Origin: Azolla caroliniana
Taxonomy: Eukaryota > Plantae > Polypodiophyta
Assembly (NCBI GenBank): GCA_043228905.1
Contig: JBHGNT010000011.1
Span: 1,922,001 to 1,986,000, forward strand
Direction of reading: 5' to 3'
DNA length: 64,000 nucleotides
The notes under the pieces are model-generated. The model made no database searches. It worked only from the letters and a program-made list of their open reading frames with translations, and had not been told where the DNA came from. Every line of letters begins with the position of its first letter. The first letter of the stretch is position 1. This document shows positions 12,797-25,490 of this stretch, in pieces. A program made the translations under genes and the position numbers.

Positions 12797-13951
12797 TCGT
12801 TTAACTCTTCATCTAATTGACTAAGGATTTCAAATTTATTTGAGATACTTGGGCTATTAGTACTATGAATACTATGAAACACTCTATTAGTACTATTAAT
12901 ACTATCAGACACTCCTAAGGGAAGAATTGACTCGGGTTTAGTACAGGCTACAATTTGATTTACCTGTCTTCTTGGCCTATGGGGACAATTGATTGCGATA
13001 TGCCTTGGTCCACCGCAATAAAGACATAATCGATTTGCACGTCGTCGTTGCTTTTCTTCTTCCGATAACGGGCCGCGTCGACGCATGGTATCGATCTCCA
13101 TCGGTGTCGAAGTATTTGCTTGAGGTATGTCTCGTGCAAACGGTCTAGCCGCGACTGCGGTGTAAGTGGGCTCCGGCCTAGCATGTGGTATCTGTAATTG
13201 ACGTTCCGAACGCCGTTCGAAGAGGCGGTTGTCACATTGGACCGCTCGACTGATTGCCTCCGTAAGAGACTTTGGTTCTTCGGGGAAGGTTAGAAGTAGA
13301 TCTTTGACATCATTTCACAGGCCATAGCGAAACTGCTCCATTAGTGCTTGATCATCCCAGGGTATGTCAGAAGCGAGTAGGCGGAACTCCGCCGCGTAGG
13401 CAGAGGCTGGACGATCGCCTTGACGCAATCGCCGGATCTTGTTGATCGCTGTCCTGATGCTGTCGGTGTCTCCAAAGCAGGCTTTGAACTCACTAATAAA
13501 ATCTTCAAAGTTATTAAGCAAGGGCGATTGTTTTTCTAGAAGCGGAGCGAACCATGCTAAGGCTGAGCCGCTAAGCAACATGCCTATTAAGTCGACTCGG
13601 GATGCATCAGTGGGGTATCGGGAAGGATGCATTTGGAGGACTAATCGTACCTGATTAAGGAATCCCCTGAATTGTGATCGCGTTCCATCAAATTTCACAG
13701 GAAGTCCAATCTTCGGCTCTTTATGAAATCCTTGGGGACTTGATCCTTGTTGTTGCAATGCAGCTTCGAGTTGTTGCACCCGTAACGCTAACTCCCCATG
13801 CTGGTGTTGCGTTTGTTGCTTTTCTAGAGCAATTTGTTGCAGATCCCCTATCAACCATTGGTTTTCTTGTTCCAGGGCAACAAACTTTTCTTTTAGGCAC
13901 TGTAACTCGGAGAAAACGGATTGATATTCTTGGGCGCTAACAGTAGCCATA
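12793..13951 (-). pseudogene. gag: Element B gag (coiled coil, PEG10/sushi-like capsid, CCHC)
   Basis: KFDGTRSQFRGFL, LSGSALAW, CLYCGGPRHIAINC; internal stop and frameshift. Confidence 0.9.
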
Positions 13952-14453
13952 GTAGAGGGAAAAGAGTAGGAGGATGAGGGAGAACGACAAGTAGGCTGGA
14001 GGAAAGAGGAAAATTGGTTCAAACTGTCAGGAATAGTACTAAAGCAGAGATGGAATTAGTACTAAGAAGAGTAGTACTATTAGTACTAAGAGGACGGGAC
14101 TGCGTAATATTCCCGAGAGAGAGGAAGTGAGAAGAGGAGAGAGAGAGATAAGATGATGACAACGGCTCTTATATTATATGAAAGATAAGTACAAATCGGC
14201 TAAGAGGCTTAAGACTGGTGTTGAACCAATTTGGTTCAACATAATGCCTAGTGCCCTCTTTTATAGTGTTCTCAGGAATAATCCTTAAGCTTCTAGAATG
14301 TTCCAAAGAGATCTGGAATATACATCAATTTTCTATGATAAAGCATAAATGAAAATAATATCCTACGTATTACAATTCATAGTCTAATGGTAAGAGCTCG
14401 ACCCATGTAGCATAAGGTCATGGGTTCGAGTCTTGCCATATCATGACACATGG

Positions 14454-14708
14454 TTGAGCCCGATTGTAGACGTACCGAAAAAGAATGGAAAGATTCGGGT
14501 ATGTGTCAACTATTGGGAACTTAATGTCGCAATAGTAACAGATGCATTTCCATTACTGTTTAAGGATGGTGTATTGGATGTAGTGGCTAGTCACGAAATG
14601 TACAGTTTTCTAGATGGCTTTAGTGGGTATAATCAGGTAAGAATGCATCTGGATGATCAAGAAAAGACAACCTTTGTCATTGAATGGGGGGTATTTGTGG
14701 CGGTCGTA
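14454..14708 (+). pseudogene. pol: Element A RT fragment between B and C
   Basis: LSPIVDVPKKNGKIRVCVNY..YSFLDGFSGYNQV, an Athila/Tat-like RT. Confidence 0.9.
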
Positions 14709-15360
14709 TGTTAGGATTTCGGTCCTTCCGAATGGGATATGAGTACCCGACAATGGAAGACCTGGTGAGAATTGGATGATGAGTACCAGACAACGGAAGA
14801 CCCGGTGAGAACCGGATGATGCAGGCCTAGTGAGAACCTCTCATCAAATGAAGGGACATATATGTAAATATGTTCCAAAGAGCCCACTGGGGCTATATTT
14901 GTAAATTTCCGGAAAGTCATATTAGTATAAATATGACCTAGGGCAAACTCTTGAGTGAGTGTGTATCATTGTGTAGTCATTATTTTGCATAGAGTTATTG
15001 GTGTAACAGTTGTACAAAGCATAACAGAAGAAAAGAGAGAGAGAGAGAGAGAGACAGAGCGAGTCTCTGTTGTAACCGCCGCCAGGCGAAGATTGAGAAC
15101 AAGAGGTCGTGGCCTATGTGTTCATCTGTTGTATTCCTCTCTACATAGTGATAGTTGGAGTTTGGGAACTTCCATGGTTTTTCCTGTTTAGGGTTTTCCA
15201 CGTTAACATACTGTGCATTCTCTTCTGTCTGTGTACCTACTTCCATTTCTTATCTTTCTATGTTTGATTATCATCGAAGTGATCTAAGTTTCGGTTGTGG
15301 CCGAAGATTATTCCGCATAGTTCCTGTCAATCTGGTATCAGAGCGAAACGACACAGAAAA

Positions 15361-16979
15361 ATGGAAGATTCGTTGGGAGGCATGTTCAAGGTCACCGGCT
15401 CCAACTACTCAGTGTGGAAGTCGAAGATGAGGGACATGCTCGTGGTTAAAGATCTTTGGTTGCCGGTTCAGTTCGGGGACAAGAGACCGGACAATATCGA
15501 TGCCACGATATGGGAAGTGATGCACATGAAGACAATGACGTACATACGGTGCTTCATCGACATGAGCCTGTACAACAACTTTAATGAGGAGACTAAGGCT
15601 CATGAGCTCTGGGGGAAGATCGACATTATGTTCCAGAACAAAAATGTTGTTAATCAGGTTTTGGTATTCCTGAAGCTAGTGCGGCTCTGATACCTAGATG
15701 GCTCCAGCATGGCGGAGCACATGAATGCCTTCCAGGGGCTGATTCACCAGGTGACATCGTTGGAAGTACCTCTCGCCAATGAGGTACTAGCATTACTCCT
15801 GCTCGGTTCCCTCCCCGATAGCTGGGAGACGTTAATTGTCACGTTGGGCAATGCCGAGCCGGAAGGAAAACAACTATCCCTAGCAAGAGTCAAGTCGAGC
15901 TTGCTAGATGAGGTGGCACGTCGGAAAGACAAGGATACGAGCTATGACTCGAAAGCGCTCCTTACCGAATCGGAACATGGAAGACAAAGGAAGTGGAGTC
16001 CCCAGAACCGGGAAAAAGTCAGGGACACGGTCAAAGTCAAGGGGAAGGCCCACTTGCTTCTACTGTGGGAAGCTGGGGCACTTCCAGAAGAATTGTCGGC
16101 ATTTCTGGAAAGACAAGGAAACCGATAGTACCGATTCGAAGTGGTCACAAGACCGGAACAGTAAAGAACGGACCAGAAGGGAACCGACTCCCTGGCTGGT
16201 AAGCAAAACCGGAACTCCTTCCGCTCAAGGACACCGATGAGACGTAATGCACCACTGGAGTTGGTGCATACCGATCTGTGTCAAGTGGACACGAAGTCAC
16301 ATGCCGGATCGCAGTACTTCGTGACGTTCATAGAAGACCACAATCAGAAGCTATGGGCCAGGGTTTAGTTTGAGGAGTACTGCCGCTCGAAGGGAATCCG
16401 ATTCGAATTTACCGTGCCGAAGACGCCGGAACTCAATGGGCTGGCCGAGAGGATGAACCGGACCATAATGGAGAGGGTCCAGAGTATGCTAGCACATGCA
16501 ATGTTACCCAAGACGTTTTGGGTTGAGGCGCTGGCAACAACGACGTACGTGATAAACAGATCACCCTCAGTGCCCTTTCGCAGAGAGTGTGGACCGGTAA
16601 GGAAGTGTCTTACCGGCATCTGAAGGTGTTTGGGAGTCTCGCTTATGTGTGTGTTGCAAAGGACCGGAGAGAAAAGTTGGATCCAAAGTCCTGACCTTGC
16701 ATATTCCTCGGATACGGCGATGATGAGTTCGGCTACCGAGTGTGAGATCCGGTCGACAAGAAGGTTTTCCAGAGTCGAGATATTATCTTCATGGAGGACA
16801 AGACCCTTGCCAACTAGGAGTCGGAGAAGAAGATAATGAACTCTGAGTCGACCAGTAAGGATTGGTTCGATGAGATGCAAACCCAACCGGCAAAGAGCCG
16901 GTTAACACTCGAAGAACCGGTCGGTTACAGAGAGGACACCGAACCGGCAGAAGAGGAAGAGGAAGCAGGAACCGGAAGT
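15361..16979 (+). pseudogene. Element C gag and integrase remnants (protease region deleted)
   Basis: NYSVWKSKM, LLLGSLPDSW, CFYCGKLGHFQKNC, LELVHTDL, PELNGLAERMNRT. Confidence 0.85.
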
Positions 16980-17900
16980 GTGCCTAGTAGAAACACACCA
17001 AAGCCCAAATAGGGGACTCCCACGAGTCGAAGGATTTCGTTGGGAGTCGGCTTTTAGACAAACCTCACGTCGATGCACTACCAGGGGATCTGGAGGTGTC
17101 ACAATATTGTTTCGGAGGGAGCTACATAATAGGATAGAAATACTGAGCACAGACCCAGAAGCTCGTTTTATGTGGGTGAAAGTCTCCACAAGCAAGGACA
17201 AGGAAATATTTTTTTGCCATTTGTTACTTCCCCCCGAAAGGCTCTCGTTATAATCTGGCTGGCGAGGCGAGATTAGTTGATGAAGGAGTGCCACATGGTC
17301 CTTCCCCATATGAACCTCTATCGGATGACATAATCCGATATTCTTCCCAAGGAGAAGTATTCCTTGTAGGAAACTTTAATGCGAGAACGCAATCCCGACA
17401 ATGCACAATATTTCAAATGAATAGAAACCTAGAAATGGTAAATGTCGATCCTTTAGACATACACACCACACGTAGATCAAAGGATCAAGGTTTAGCACCA
17501 GATGGTCATATATAATGGTTTAGCCAAGTGGCCAGGTTCGGAAGAGCTCACATGTTTCCCACATGGAGGAGGGGAAAGAAAAATTGATTATCTAATAGGA
17601 TGCCCTAAAGCAACCCACATGATTAACTCCTTCCGAGTGGCCCCATGTCCTATTGGCACGGATCATAGTTTCTTATACTTCGAGCTAAAATGCAGATATC
17701 TTTAACGTCACCAACTCTAGTCAACCACGCCATGACATCACAATATATTTCACACATGAGCTCTCTGACATGTTCAAGCCCATCTCTCCTCCCTTGATCC
17801 CTCCCTACCTTTAGAGAGCCTTAGTACGAAACTCACACACATCCTTCACTCTGCAGCAGTTAGCAGTTTCCCATACATGAAACACTCCAATCAAGGTAAA
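16980..17900 (+). mobile_element. Non-LTR retrotransposon (LINE) apurinic-endonuclease fragment inside Copia C
   Basis: APE motifs in order: CLVETH, RGSGGVTILFR, VFLVGNFNART, IYNG..LTC, KIDYLI, TDH; frameshifted. Confidence 0.75.
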
Positions 17901-18113
17901 GTAGGATATATGCCTCTGACTTGGGTGGAAATGAGATTAGGCTTAATGCAAAGTTTTGTACACTACTAGAACTCTCTTAGCTTAAGCTATTTTCTTTTAT
18001 TTTAGTTTTGATGATTGGATAAACACTCATTTTTGGTTTAAACCAATTGTCTCATGGGCCAAATTTGGCCTTAGAAGATGTTAATATATCTTTCTTTCTT
18101 TCTTTCTTTCTTA

Positions 18114-19130
18114 GGGAGAGAAGGCCCCCCCGGAGATTTCCGGATCCAGAGCATGTACGGCTAACCGATGAGGGGGAGCCGGAAAGCTTCGAAGAAGCTA
18201 AGAGAGACACCCACAACTGCAAGTGGTTGAGTGCCATGCAGGACAAGATGGATTCCATGCATGAGAACCACACAAGTGGGTGTCCAAGTTTAAAGGAAAG
18301 AGGGCATGTTGCCGAAAGGAAAGAGGGCACTCCGAAACAAGTGGGTGTCCAAGTTGAAACCGGGAGATGCCGGCAACCCCCCAAGATACAAAGCCAGGAT
18401 CGTGGTGAAGGGGTTCCAGCAAAAGAAGGGAGTGAACTTCGATGAGATATTTTCCCCGGTACTAAAGATGACTTCCATCCGGGATAGTATTGAGCATAGT
18501 GGCAAGCATGGAACTCGAGGTAGAGCAGTTAGACGTGAAGACGACGTTCCTCCACGACGACCTCGAAGAGGAGATCTACATGCAACAACCAGAAGGATTT
18601 GCGAAGAAGGGGAAGGAGCACCTGGTTTTCCAGTTGAAGAAGTGCCTCTACGGTTTGAAGCAGGCTCCCCGACAATGGTACCGGAAGTTCAACTCCTTCA
18701 TGATGGATCAGGATACCACAAGACGCAGGCTAATCACTGCGGGGTTTGTGATGAAGTTTGAAGGTGGAGACTTCTTGATACTCCTCTTGTACATGGATGA
18801 CATGTCGATCGTCAGACGAGACCAAGTTAAGATACGGATGCTAGAGAAGGCTCTGAACAAGACCTTCTCAATAAAAGACTTGGGTCCAGCAAGACAGATA
18901 TTGGGGATGCACATAATCCGGAACTGGTCAAAGAAGCAATTGTGGCTGTCACAGGAGAAGTATGTGACAAAGGTGCTTCAACAGTTCAACATGTCAGTTG
19001 CGAAACCGGTCGGATCGACACTCCCTGCAAACTGCAAGTTATCCGGTAAGCAAAGCCTTAAGATGAAGGCAGAGAAGGCGGATATTCTGAAGATACCATA
19101 TGCCTCTGCCGTTGGGAGCTTAATGTACAC
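18114..19130 (+). pseudogene. pol: Element C RT, degenerate; RT end and RNase H continue at 26323-26920
   Basis: EPESFEEA, YKARIVVKGF, QLDVKTTFL, LYGLKQAPRQW, LLYMDDM; the frame LMYA|MVCT rejoins across element D. Confidence 0.9.
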
Positions 19131-19934
19131 TGTCGTGAAGATTCTGGGCCATAGGTGGAAACAATGTGAAACACGCAAGGACACTGGTGTGCACGAGTGC
19201 ACACCCCTAGTGAATTAAATAGTGTAAGTACTAGGCATAAGGAGAAAGAGGTGTACTAAGTAGTTAAGGCATTAATAGGGGTTCAAACATCGCATACGGA
19301 GGGAGAGTTACGCGGAGAACGAATCAGGGGGGAGAATCTAGGAAGGGAAAGCGACAGGTCATGAATGCTGTGTAATGGTCGCTCCTTGTGCTATAAAAGG
19401 GGCGACCTTTGACTGGTTTAAGAGAGCCATCTAGAGAGGAGAAAAGGGAGGAGAGAGGAAGGAAGACGAGGAGTCCTACAACGGAACACCGGAAGGCGCT
19501 TCCCCTGCTCGCGTCAAACGCCCGAGTGCTCCCGGCCAGGGGATCGACCTTCTTTGTGCCTATGCAACTTTGTATCTAACTACTGTAGAGACTACGCTTG
19601 ATCACCGACACTGATCCGGTTGTAATCACCCACAGCGCTACGTGCATAATTTTGATTAATAGAAACTTATGTACCTAACGCAAGTTGTTCTTAGCATCTT
19701 TGTCTACGCCTACGTCTACACACAATCCGCTTACACTATCTCTCTCATTTCGCTAACCTTCCCTGTTTAAACCGCGGTCTCAGGGCTCACATAAACCACA
19801 AACTCTTCCTCCTCACTTCTTGATTCCTTGGTTCAAGACCCCCGTGGTCCTGCTCAACTTCTACGCATCCGCGAGGATTTCCTCTACATCTTTGGTGAAC
19901 CCGACATGAAGAGGGGCGGCAAAGGAATCTGAAA

Positions 19935-22051
19935 ATGAGAGGAAGTGAACTTGCAGAAGCAATGGCGGTGGCGGTAGACCGCCTGGCTAGCGCTCGCGAG
20001 GGTGCGAGTGCCCTCGACAGGGCCATAGAAGCAACGGTCGACAAGATAGGCCGGTTCAGTGGAAAAGACACCACGAGTTACTTAGAGACCTACAAATCTG
20101 AAATGCAGATGAGGAATATATCCGAGGATAGACAGTTGACAGGGTTTCCCCAGGTCGTGACACCACACATCCATACGGAGATGGCTGAAATACAAGCAGG
20201 TTGTGGCGATTGGGCGGAATTCGCGGAGGAAGTTCTCGAAAGGTACAACTACGACGATTTGCTCTGGCTATCGAGAAAGGACTTTATGGATTGGGTCAGT
20301 AGCCCCGACAAGGGTCAGAATGCTTCGGCACTCCTCCAGAAGTTCGAGTCATGGTTCACGCGGCTCTCTAGATTGGACTGAACCGTGCTCGAAACGAGCA
20401 AAGTCCTATTTTTCATTACGTCGTTCGACTTGCGCGTCCGAGAAAGCGTGGGTCTTCTTCTTGAAACCAATCGTGGTCTCACATTTGACTAGGCCACCGT
20501 CAAAGAAGTATGCGGTAGGATTGACAAACGCCGAGATTGGAAAGAAAGGGGGTCCTCGCCGGCCGGACCGGCTGTCGAAGTCAGAGCCGAGCCGACGCCA
20601 AGCCGAATGGAAGAAATGAGGAGGTGGCTCGAGCTAGGCCCACCCCCAGCAAACATAGTCGCAGGACCTGCAGACGGCGCAGTACTCAAAGAACTAACAA
20701 GGATGGTGCACGACCGCCAGATTGCCCATTCCCAACTCAGCGACGAGGGTCAGCCGCACGACCGGCGACCATCGGCCAATCAGAGGTGCATATGGAGAGA
20801 CGTCACCAGACATGCCCGGAGAGATTGCGCTGGCCTCGATGAAGCGATCAGAAGTAATGTAGTTTATCTTTAGAATGGCAGGATACATGCGAGTGACACA
20901 TGAAGATTGCTTGACGCGAATTTTGGACGAGGTGGCATGAAGAGGCTAATGGAAGAGGCCGTAGCACGGCATGTCGAAGCCGTCCACTACTTAGCTTCAC
21001 TCGGCATCCGCGTAGGCGAAAAGGCAGCCAAACCTGGGTTTTGGCCGGTTATTCTCGAGACCTTGTCCGGAGAAAGGCTGCAGAAGGGAGAAGCGGAGCG
21101 TGCGGAGGAGCGTGTGCGCGAAGTTACCGGCTGGGGTGACCCCATTGAGGAGAGCACCGACTTTGTGGAGGCCGTATGCAAGAACTACGAGGCCCTGATC
21201 GACGAAAGGCGAGCGGGGAAAACCGGGGGATGGGCCCTTCGGGGAGGTATGACACCCGAAGCGCGCCGAAAAGGCACGATGCCACTCCGACCGGGTCCCA
21301 GGAGAAGGAGAAGGGCAAGATTCTGAGTTTCCATTTAAGCTCGGAAATCAAGAAAACAACGAACCTATAGAAGGTTCTAGAGGAGCGAGTTCTCGACAGT
21401 CGCATAGAACTCACGCTTAGGGAAGTGCTTGGCATAGAGAGACGGGAATTCCACGATTGCATCGTGGACCTCGTGAAGAGACAGTGTCTCACGATGGAAC
21501 CGGAGCTCGAGAAGCCGGTTGAGGTAAGGGCGGCACTCCTCGACGAGATGGCCGCGGAAGATGAGCTTGCGGAGAGCCACTACGCTAGACCGCACTAGGC
21601 AAGAGAGACTATAGAAACCCCCGTTCATATCGGGGACGTGAAGGAACCGGTGGTGGCATTAATTGACCACGGGTCGGAGATCAATCTGATGTCCATGGAC
21701 TTCTACAAAAAGAGGAATTGGCCGATCAACACCAAACATGGGTGGAAGATACGTGCGGATACAAGAGCCACGGAAGAACTACATGGGGTTTTCCCAAACG
21801 TCAGGGTGAGCGTCAGAGATGTCGATATAAACCATCACTTTTTCGTGCAAGAGACGTCCTCCCACCCGGTCATCCTCGGTGAACCATACATCACAACGGC
21901 TAGAATGGACACGAAAGTGCTGGACAATGGTTCAGCCTATGCGAGGGTAAAAAGTTAGGACGGCCATCATTCCGTCCAATTTTTTACCGTTCGGAAAAAT
22001 CACGAGTGGAACAGGGACACCCTCGGAAATAACGACAAGGAGGATTTCTAG
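19935..22051 (+). pseudogene. gag: Element D ORF1: gag plus protease (ALIDHGSEINL)
   Basis: Homologous to the open ORF 52070-54196 of element I; multiple stops. Confidence 0.85.
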
Positions 22052-25000
22052 AAAGGGCTATCAAGGCGTGGGGCTGCGATAGTCCGGATAGCCGGAAAAT
22101 TCCCCACATGTGTAAAATAGGAAGGAAATTTTTGTTCTCCGACAATGGGGGATGTACCATAGCCAGCATCAGTGGCCGAGAAAGAAAACGGGCCGAGATA
22201 CGCCTAAAGGGGGGCGGAGCCTTGAGTCATGACAAAGGGATCAGGGAAGCTATGGAGGTAGTCTCATTCGATGACACCCTTGGAGAAATCGGGAAGGTAG
22301 TCGAAGGAGGCCTAAGCGAAGACCGAGTCATACCAGTCAACTCGGTCGACATGTATGAAGTCATTGCGGACTTCAAAAGAAAAACCAGGGCGCATCGGAT
22401 CGCCTGAGTAGACACCAAGTACAAGACTGTGGACTGGAAGTTGAAGCCCGTCGCGGCTCCCTTACCAGAGGGCAGCTGGGAACGAATAAAGGGGGTTGCT
22501 ACCGACCCGAGCTTGTGAGATCCGGCCGGCATAGGACACCGTTTCACCGACAAAACGCTACGAGAGCTCAAGATCGGTGGGGGTGGCTTCCTACTGCCGG
22601 TGGAAGAGGACCGATTCAAAAGGATGCTGGAGAGGCACGAGAAAGCCTTCGCATTCTCGCCGGGAGAGATCGGGTGCGTTGAGCCGACCATTGTCGAACC
22701 AATGGTGATCTTTACCGTGCCGCATGTGCCATGGAGTCTCTAACCGATTCAAGTACCGAGAGCTCACATGTCGATGTTGATGGAGCTTCTTAAGCAGAAG
22801 GTGGATCTGGGCATCCTCGAACCATCGAGTGCCCCTTACTCCAACCAGTGGTTTACGGTGCCAAAGAAGAACAGTATGTTGCGCTTCATCCAAGACTTAC
22901 AACCGGTCAATAAGGTGACCATCCGCAACATGGGGGTTGGACCGACGATCGATGATTTCGCAGAAGCCTTCGCCGGAAGGTGCATATACTCGATCAGAGA
23001 CCTTTACTTAGGGTACAACCAGTTCCAGTTCATCGTGGAAAGCAAGGACATCAGAACAATGTGAACCCCTCTCGGCCTAGTTCGAATGTGTACCCTACCA
23101 CAAGGAGGGACCAACTCGGTGGCGCACATGGTGAATGCAATGAATAGAGTTTTGCGGGACTGCATTCTGAACATCACCATGCCTTCCCTGGATGACATCC
23201 CTGTCAAGGGGTGTCCGGAGGACCCCAAGGATGAGTCGATCGACGCAGACGGGTGCCGAAGGTTTTCACCGACCATATCTCCGACTGCGAGAAGATACTA
23301 CAGAGGTTTGAAGACGCGTGGCTTACCTTCTCGGGAGAGAAGTCAGCCTTCGGACAACCAAAGATCTTAGTGGTGGGCCATCTATGTGGGTCGTATGGCC
23401 GGAAGACATCGCCGACCAAGGCAGAGTCCATCGCGGCAATGAAGGAGGAGTGCGGATCCATCATAGAGGTCCGGCGATTCTTAGGAGCATGCGCCTTCTA
23501 CCACATATGGATCCCTCATTACGCGCACATCACCAAACCACTCTATGGCTTGCTAAAGAAGAGCAGGAAATTCGAATGGACAAAGGAACATACCGAGGCG
23601 GTTTGGAGGCTAAAACGAACACTCACCGTGGCACCGGCTTTGCGCAAAGCGGAATACGCACTGGGAACTCCGGTCTACATCATGGTGGACACCAGCCTGA
23701 CCGGGATCGGATGCGTCGTAAATCAAGAGAACGAAGACGGCACACGTTTCCCTATCCGGTTTGGTGTGAAGGTACTGAGTGAGCGACAACGAGGATACGC
23801 CCAAGTCAAGCGCAAGCTATGGGGTATCATTTCGGCGGTTAAGGTCGACAAAGACTACCTAATCGGGACAAAAGTGATTATAGAAACGGATTGCCTGCCG
23901 ATTCTCGGTATGGTCTCCGGATGCGCAACTCCCGACCTGGCCATGCTCAGGTGGATTGCGTACATCAAATCCCTGAACCCAGAGATACGACACATCTCGG
24001 GTAAAGACAACGCCATGGCCGATATGCTTTCCAGAGCAAAGTTCGAGGATGAGGACGGCATGGTATCAGAGAACGAAGAAGTTGGCGCGAACATCTTCGA
24101 AACAACAAGGATGAGGATAAAAAAGTGAAGTGCTCTACCCCTAAACAAGTTCGACGAAGATAACTACGATGGGGAGTGGCTTCTAATCGGAAGATTTCTA
24201 AAAACAATGACGGCGGACGTCTCGATGACTAGGGAGGAAGCGGGACAGCTCCGAAAAAGGGCATACCGATACTTCCTACGAAATGGGAAAATCTAGAGGG
24301 TCCCAAAAAGGCGAAACGATGCGCCGCTCTGAGTAATAGGACGGGCAGATGATCAAGAGAAGCTAATATTGGAGTTCCACAAAAGCCCTTGGTCTGGACA
24401 CCGGGGTACATGGGTCACGTTCGAGAAGTTAAAGGAGAAATACTGGTGGCTGGGTATATATAAGAGCATGCACGACTTCGTGACCACATGCGAAAGCTGC
24501 CAAATGCACTCAGTGGTTTGTCACCGCGACGAGCTGCACCCAACATACCCCGCAACCGTGCACTTCAAATGGATGGTCGACTTAGTAACGATGTCGATGG
24601 GAGAGGGTCAGAAGCGATACCTGGTGCTGGCTAGAGAAGACCTAATGAACCGGGTAGAGGGCCGGGCACTAACAAACAAGACCACCGCGGCAATATGTAA
24701 GTTTCTAATCGAAGATGTCATATGCCGATATGGGTGCGTGGGAAAAATCATGGCTGACCGAGGCGAGCTGGACATGGAAGAGGCCGAGGAACTGTTTGAT
24801 TGATTAGGCGTAAAACTGTCCCTCATGACGGCGTACAACCCGGAGTCAAATGGAAAAATTGAGTGGGGCCACGGTCCGATCGTAAAGGCCATTGTACGCG
24901 CGTGCGAAGGATGAGTCAGCGACTGGCCAAGGGTGCTCCCTTACATGCTATGGGCAGACTGGACTACCCACAGTTTGGTAACAGGGTACATGCCGGCAGA

Positions 25001-25490
25001 ACTAATGTTCGGACAGAAACCCATCATGCTAGTGGAGCGGACGATCGCCTCGTGGACGACGATCGATTGGGCCAACGAAATGAGCTGAGAAGAACTTCTA
25101 GCAGCCCGAATCCGGCAACTCGAGCGAAGGCCGGAAGATGTGGAGCAGGCCACAATGAGGGTGAAAGAAGCGAGGATTTGGAACAAGGCCCGGTTCAACC
25201 AAACACACCGGCTCCGGCCAAGGAAGATCGAGGAAGGTGATTGGGTGTTAGTCTACGACAACAGCCTCGACAACCAACATAGGTCTATGCGTAAGTTCGC
25301 GAAGCGATGGTTCAGGCCATAGGTGAAAATTAGCTTCAATGATAACGGGACATATCATCTCACGGAGCTCGATGGGACCCGAATGACGACTCTGGTGGCC
25401 GGGAAAAGGATAAAGGCCTTCAAGAGGCGGAGCGAGGCGGAACTGGACCCGGGGTTCGAAAGCACCAGTTCAGAAGGAGAGGATGAGTAG
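22048..25490 (+). pseudogene. pol: Element D ORF2: RT-RH-INT in the -1 frame
   Basis: PQGGTNSVAH, (F/S)LDD, VDTS, ETDCLP, HKSPWSGHRG..C..C, ADRGE. Confidence 0.85.

Larger units (their letters stand above)
8812..14448 (-). mobile_element. Element B: full-length Tcn1-like chromovirus
   Basis: 424-bp LTRs 8812-9235 and 14025-14448 (about 9 differences by manual count), TSD CATGG (8807-8811 / 14449-14453), PPT at about 9236-9250. Confidence 0.95.
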
